This document shows, piece by piece, positions 58,317-64,000 of a stretch of DNA of 64,000 nt; the first letter of the stretch is position 1, and every line of letters begins with the position of its first letter. Source of the DNA: Dudresnaya verticillata (taxonomy: Eukaryota); contig OZ374559.1 of the NCBI GenBank assembly GCA_977862235.1, positions 2,232,001-2,296,000 of the forward strand, read 5' to 3'. Below the pieces are notes generated by a model. The model made no database searches. It worked only from the letters and a program-made list of their open reading frames with translations, and had not been told where the DNA came from. Made by a program: the position numbers and the translations under genes.

Positions 58317-59621
58317 CTATTCCGAACGCAGTCCAGATGCGCAACACCTGCAGTCCTCGAGGCTTCTCTCCAAATCTGATAATGATGCTCTCAGCTCTTG
58401 AAACCCTTTTTTGTATCTGAGAAACAACCAACGCGGGATCTCTATGAAGGCATTGCGTACTAATTGGCGGAGGGAGAGAACTGATGGAAATTCAACTTGA
58501 AGCCCTGGAAAAGTTTGGGAAGAATTCTCGGTGGCTATCCTTCCTCTGCGCTCTCTTGGTGTCCTATCGTCGTCAATAGAATCGATCATCTCAGTCGGGA
58601 GAGTACCTCGAACCCATTCAGCCAACGAATCGGTTCGATCTGTCTCTACAAGCGAAGCATGTATCTCCAGCCAATCAAAAAATGCCTGTAGAGAGCTCTC
58701 AAACATTGCCGCGGTCTGTGCCTGATGGTCTCGTTCAACTTGACTTATATTTCTTATCGCAATGGCTGGTGTGCTGCTGTTTGAAGATGTTGGCGTTGGT
58801 CTCGATTTGTCACCTTCAATTGCCACCGCTGCTCCCACGGCCTCGTGCTGTGCTACAGCTGACGTAGTAGACTCGCTACAGTCTTCGATATTCGTCTGTG
58901 CTGAATTATTATCCGCACAGTCGCCAGATCTGGAATGAGCACTATCCCTCGCCCTGTCTGAGCGTAGATTTTGTGTCTCAGGTACAGATTCCGATTCTTT
59001 AAAACCGTCCACACGTATTGACTCCTCTCTTTCACTCCGACGCTTTTCCAAGTTAGCGAGGTCCTCAGTAAGGGAAATTCCTTCTCGAATCGTCGTTCCG
59101 ATCATTCGCATTAAGCTGTGTAGACCATCTTTTTGGCCTTCCTTAACCCAAAAAACAGATTGAGGTATTCCAAGAGCAGAGGCCATCCTCGTAGGGTTAA
59201 GGAAGTCTCCATGCACATTAAGAACGTCACCAATGGAAATATCGAACCGACACAATGGGCATGTCGTCGAGTTGTACTCCTTCTCCTCCATGCACATTAG
59301 GATGCAATGCAAGTGGAATACCTTATGACAGCTTGAACAAATGGTAGAGCACACGGGGTACAGGATTTCGGTGCAGATTGAGCAATCATCCAATTTATCT
59401 CCTCCGCGAGCTGTTTGAGTAGAACACGCTCCATTTAACTTATTCTGCTTCAGTTCACTCAAATGGGACAAGATGCGTATCGAGAGTTCAAGCCTGTACT
59501 TCATCTGTCTCTTCAGGAACCAAAGCTTCTTAGAAATCATTTGAAAGGACTCTCGAAGGACCTGAACATATTCTAAAGCCTTGGACCTGAGACGAACCAC
59601 GTCAGCTTCTCTGGATTCCAT
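58317..59621 (-). CDS. C4HC3 RING/PHD-like zinc-finger protein, paralogue B, 434 aa
   Basis: CSIC-x7-C-x3-CSSCHKVFHLHC-x13-CPLCR. The N-terminal helix and C-terminal IP..LF..Y motif are shared with paralogue A. Confidence 0.84.
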   Translation of the reverse strand: MESREADVVRLRSKALEYVQVLRESFQMISKKLWFLKRQMKYRLELSIRILSHLSELKQNKLNGACSTQTARGGDKLDDCSICTEILYPVCSTICSSCHKVFHLHCILMCMEEKEYNSTTCPLCRFDISIGDVLNVHGDFLNPTRMASALGIPQSVFWVKEGQKDGLHSLMRMIGTTIREGISLTEDLANLEKRRSEREESIRVDGFKESESVPETQNLRSDRARDSAHSRSGDCADNNSAQTNIEDCSESTTSAVAQHEAVGAAVAIEGDKSRPTPTSSNSSTPAIAIRNISQVERDHQAQTAAMFESSLQAFFDWLEIHASLVETDRTDSLAEWVRGTLPTEMIDSIDDDRTPRERRGRIATENSSQTFPGLQVEFPSVLSLRQLVRNAFIEIPRWLFLRYKKGFQELRASLSDLERSLEDCRCCASGLRSE

Positions 59622-60039
59622 GATGAAAAGCCCTATTCACTATAGAGTTAAGCGGTGGAGCTGCTGAAGATCCACTTATTGCTACTTGACCACAAGGGCA
59701 TTCCAAAACCAGTCGTAGCTTTGCAGGAATCGTTGCAAGAGTAACAGGACCAGTTTGGTTTTTCCGTAGGTTCCGTAATCTGAATAGGCGGGCAAGCCAG
59801 TCAGAAAAATCGGAAGGCAACTGCAAAAATAGCAGACTGGCCACGGTCGGTGAGAAGATATTTGGCCGATGACAGCGGCCGACGACAGTAAGATTGACCA
59901 AGGTGAGTGATCTCCCCCAGAACCTGTCGCGTTTAGATTTCTAGCAAGTTTGAATCGCCTTTTTGTGGATGCACTAGCCTATCTCGAAGAGGCCAAGACT
60001 CGAAGGCATTTATGCACGGAAGCAAGAGTACCAGCGGAC

Positions 60040-60720
60040 AGCGATTTATATTGAGGGGAGAACCCTTCTTGAGAGAATTGATCTCCATCCTATGGTGATG
60101 GAAATCTACAGTGCTATTGGTTCAGGTTCCGATCGTGGCGCGCAGCGTGTGGCCACATTGTTAGCCATGAAGAAGTGGGCATCCCCTACTGCTGAGAAAT
60201 TATCCCTCCTCACTCGTCTCACTTCATTAGTCTCCAGTTCGTTGCTGTGTCTGTTAATCGGCATAAGCTGGCTGACTGTCGTCTAGGCCCTTATATTTGC
60301 TAAGCCCCCTTATGGGGCTACTAACATCTCTCTTGAGAGCAAACGGGAATCCCCTTAAGGGGGGGCTTAAAGAATAGAGAGAGAGAGAGACTAAGATCTA
60401 TTCAAGAGTAGAACTAGAGAAGCACAACCTTTATTTTAATCTAATAGAACTAGAAACGGAGAAGGAGGAAAGTTTGCACAGATTAACGCTGACGGCGACG
60501 CATTGAAGAACCAAGGGGATTAAGCGAGTCAAGAGCGAAAGTTTTCCGACGAGGGAGAGGCCCCTTTTGCGGAGAGCAGGAAAGTGGGCAATGCGTTGGA
60601 TCTCATGTTCGAATCCAGAACCTACATGACCATAGATGGCAACAACCATCGGATGCAGTTCTATTCCAAGAATAGCACATACACGACGATAATGAGAGCG
60701 TTTGATCCAAAGCATCATTT
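60040..60720. mobile_element. Two CRE-type 3'-end fragments arranged tail to tail
   Basis: Plus strand 60040-60290: MVMEIYSAIGSG..AEKLSLLTRLTSLV. Minus strand 60450-60720: HYRRVCAILGIELHPMVVAIYG..LLTRLIPLVLQCVAVSVN. Confidence 0.72.
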
Positions 60721-61819
60721 GATGCCACAGCACCATACGCTCTCAATATCGTCGTGTATGTGCTAGTACGGAAGGCACGTCCAGAAGATTATGATGGATT
60801 GTAGAGGAGACGACGGCCTGGATTCTGTGAACATCCAATCGGGAGGAAGGTTTGAGTTATCAAGAAGTTCTGCCATCAGCGATAAAGAGGAACCCATGGA
60901 ACTTGCAGAACTGAAATCCACAATAGTGGAAGACCTTGGCAAACCCAAACCACTTGTAACAATCGGCACTTCTGTGTCCAAGGCAGTCTCGCGTACGCGA
61001 AGACCAAAACAGAAGGCGAAGGATAGGGGCGGCAAGCGGAAGGCAAATAGATGGGTATACCGCGCTGGTTGTGTCCAGTGCAGTGGTTGCATGCCCTCGT
61101 CGTCGTTCGACGCCAGCGGGTTGCCTTTACTAATACTATAGCAGGACAGCTCTGTGCAACCCAGAGTAAATTCGTGACTTTCGTACGCTAGCTCCGTTCC
61201 GAACAGCCCTAGACAAGTGCCGCCACAGGCACCACAGGCACCAGTCGTCCAGATCCTCGCCCTAGTTGGGGGACCTGGTAGCACGCCAAATTTGTAGAAA
61301 GGCATGGCAGACCGGCGCATATGCGCTGCGTCTGCACACACCACAACGTAAGGGTAACAAAGCAAGGTACCAGCACTGAAGGGTAGAATAGCTGCGCTTC
61401 AGAATGCATGAATGTAGACTTCCTGTCTCCCATTGTTATCGTGTCTGGATGGAGTCTGAGGTAGCTGCGTGCCTATCATTGGCACAGTGCGGGAGGTGCT
61501 TCCCAGTACCTTCCATCATGGATCTACTATGCGTGAACTCTGGAACTTGCTTTGAGAATCCCTCGCCGCGAGCGGGAGATAGATTTACGAGTCGCCTGTT
61601 AACCTACTTCAAGGTCTTTATCGTTACTACAATATTTCCTATGCATAAAGGTCTCCATCTCATTGTTACTACTTTAACGGTCTAGCATTCTCGAGAATAT
61701 TTCGTTCTAGTAATCTAGTTCGTGTGCCTGCCTTCAGCTTCCTTGCTTGGATGCAAGCTTAAGTCGTACGAAAAGGGCCTCAGGCCTTTCTCAATACTCA
61801 TTTTTTGTTCCCGTCAGCT

Positions 61820-62335
61820 ACATCATGAATCTGAACGCCTGCAGGGTGCCCGGCACAATGATCTTCTCATGGATGTTTCCGTCGATGGTCCCTCCTTCGC
61901 CCCTTGTGATCAAGCATTTGATTCATCCGTTTTTATTCGCCATTCGAATGCTTCCCATTCCTCGCGACGGCCTCACGTCGCTATCGACTAGAGAGACGAG
62001 GAAAAATATCACCACTACATAACTATATTATAGTGGTCTCTGTGACAATAATAAAATCGAACCGCATTCGAATATATTATGCGATGGTCATGGGCATCTA
62101 TGGAGCAATTGGTACTGGTTACGACGTACATGGAGGGCAGTGAATCGCTGCTTTTGTGGCTGTTTCGAAGCGAACTTCTCGGAGAGCCGAAAATAAGGAG
62201 AGTCTCCTTAAACTCTTGATCTGTGTCGCTCTACAATCCGTCTAGTGAGAAGCTCTCCCTTCTCAAACGTCTTACCTCTTTAGCATTACAGTTCGTCACG
62301 GTCTCAATTAAGAGGCGTAAGTGTGTTGACCGACA
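61820..62335 (+). mobile_element. CRE-type 3'-end fragment
   Basis: LMDVSVDGPSFAPCDQAFD..MVMGIYGAIGTG..EKLSLLKRLTSLALQFVTVSIKRRK. Confidence 0.68.
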
Positions 62336-63435
62336 TATTATAAATAGTGCATATTACGTCCGCTTAAGGGGCTGACTCTCAACTTTGCGAATAAAGGGAC
62401 GCTTGCTCGTTCTACATTATGCGGCGGTCGCTTTCAAACGCCACAGGCTCGCGGATAGCAGTGCACGCTATGGCAGAAATTAAGCCCCCTTAAGGGTCTT
62501 TAGGTTCTTCTCTGAGTAATGTGTTCTACTAGTTAGTAAGCGCTCATTCAGTTACCAGGGCAGTGCCAGTTTGACTTCAAATCTGAACATGGTGCCAGAT
62601 GTAACGGGTTTCGAAGTCGCAACGACGCGCCAGGAAAAAAAGTTCGGACCCCCCGCTCAAAGGCTCGAACCTTCTACTTTTCACCCTGTGCTGGGCTACT
62701 CCAACGGCTCGCAGACGACTAGATCAGATAGGCTCCAATGCGCTCTCTCCTTCTTTCCCCGAGCGGAAGGATGCGCTAATAACACAGGGTGTTACACCGA
62801 ACTGGAGCGATTTCGAGAGATTATATGTAGCAGTACGTACTGTAAGAAGGGGGCTCTATTGAGAGCAAACGAGAGGCCCGTTAAGGGTGCTTAGAAAATA
62901 GAACTAAAGAGAGAAGGAACCTTTATAGATCCAGAAGCTAAAAAGGGACGCTAGTTGCCCCAGAGGCTAAAGCACCAATGGAGAGGACAAGCCGATGGAG
63001 GTTGAGAGGTGAAGATTGACGACAACCTTTATTTTAAGTGAAGATTGATAGCGAAGCAAATGAGAGATAAACCGGACAGTGCGCGCACAATTTCCATCCG
63101 ACGGCTTACTGCCCCGGCATTCGGCCGTGTAGAACGAAAAGCGGGGGACAAAGGGAAGCTCTTATCGATTAGCTTTCATTCTGGAATCCAAACACTTGCG
63201 AACTTTATAGCTGACAAGAAAGGATCGACTCCGCTTGTTGAATAGAACTCTCCCCCCTCACTCGCCTAGTTACGTTGGTTGCTAAAAAAGGAAAAACCTT
63301 ACCGTAAACCGTCGGCGCCTTCTCAGCGACCCTGCGGATGCACGGCTGTCCTTCCTCGTAGTTCCGTCCTCTTCCGGTACCCCTCTTACGCCTTCATTAT
63401 AGTGATGTTTCCCCCTCAGCTTAACCACATTTGGT

Positions 63436-63981
63436 CTATCCAAACTGCAAATGGTGAGCCACAAGGTTGCCACCAGACTTGACCGAGACTTGCGCAGGGG
63501 ATTTTTGGATTTCTACGTTGCCATATGGGAATGAAACAACGGCTACCTCCTGACAGAGATCCAGCCCCAGCCCCTCTCTTAGCTCCTCTGCGGAAATCCA
63601 GAGGTGCTCCCCAGCGTCGTCGGCAATTAGTTTGGCTATTTCGACATCCAATTCAGCCTCTTCTTCCTTCAATTGCCGAGCTGTTTCCTCAAGGTTATCT
63701 GCGTTCTGCTTCATTCTTTCAACGTCCTCATCACTAACAGGCTGGTCCAGGGGAGGGATTGCAGGGTCCCCAACTCTGTATTTACCCCACTCTTTGTCTG
63801 CTTCGACTAGACGAACGACTTGTAGGATGTTAATGATCTCATATATTCGCGGGGAGGACACTCCTGTAGCAGTGTGGATGTCATACACTGAGAACTTTGT
63901 ATCCTGGATGCCTTCCAAGAACTCCATTATCTTTTCTGCAGCGCCGAAAATACCGGCACGATTCTGTGGGAAGTCGGTCAT
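63436..63981 (-). CDS. Short, highly divergent E2F-like protein (winged helix, coiled coil, marked box; no C-terminal tail), 181 aa
   Basis: SVYDIHTATGVSSPRIYEIINILQVVRLV (RRxYD changed to PRIYE); heptads NLEETARQLKEEEAELDVEIAKL; HLWISAEELR..QEVAVVSFPYG..QVSVKS resembles the E2F marked box. Confidence 0.75.
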   Translation of the reverse strand: MTDFPQNRAGIFGAAEKIMEFLEGIQDTKFSVYDIHTATGVSSPRIYEIINILQVVRLVEADKEWGKYRVGDPAIPPLDQPVSDEDVERMKQNADNLEETARQLKEEEAELDVEIAKLIADDAGEHLWISAEELREGLGLDLCQEVAVVSFPYGNVEIQKSPAQVSVKSGGNLVAHHLQFG

Positions 63982-64000
63982 CTCGCTAAGAGCGTGTCTC

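Noticed and set aside
60763..61365. 200-aa Cys-containing ORF
   Set aside because: No recognisable domain or convincing start context; lies among TE debris.
62590..62750. tRNA-like fragments on the minus strand (TTCGAAACCC..CCA; GGTTCGAGCC)
   Set aside because: Only T-arm-like pieces with no cloverleaf; too weak to call.

Overview
Eukaryotic, retroelement-dense window with compact, apparently intronless genes. It is most consistent with a florideophyte red alga; this is inferred from gene style, a transit peptide with Phe near the N-terminus, and the TE repertoire, and is not proven. Mobile DNA: the 3' half of a chromodomain Ty3/Gypsy element with a large antisense ORF and its 3' LTR; a full-length but decayed Ty1/Copia element (TA..TA LTRs, GCAAT TSD, half-tRNAiMet-type PBS) split by a solo LTR; a DIRS-type RT relic; several LINE RT copies with clear TSDs; about a dozen CRE-type (restriction-like endonuclease) fragments; and a tRNA-derived SINE. 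Host genes: a 603-aa protein made only of seven Cys-decorated peptidoglycan-binding domains (the standout), two divergent E2F-family genes, two paralogous C4HC3 RING/PHD-like genes, a MATH-USP (USP7/UBP12-like) protein with both catalytic boxes degenerate, a truncated cullin-like ORF, a truncated and substituted isopropylmalate-synthase-like enzyme, a secreted two-domain protein with an inverted pseudogene copy, and a Cys-rich membrane protein. Also notable: several unrelated LTRs are built internally from stacked short modules that each begin with TGT, like LTR starts. All calls are from visual motif recognition; no searches were run.
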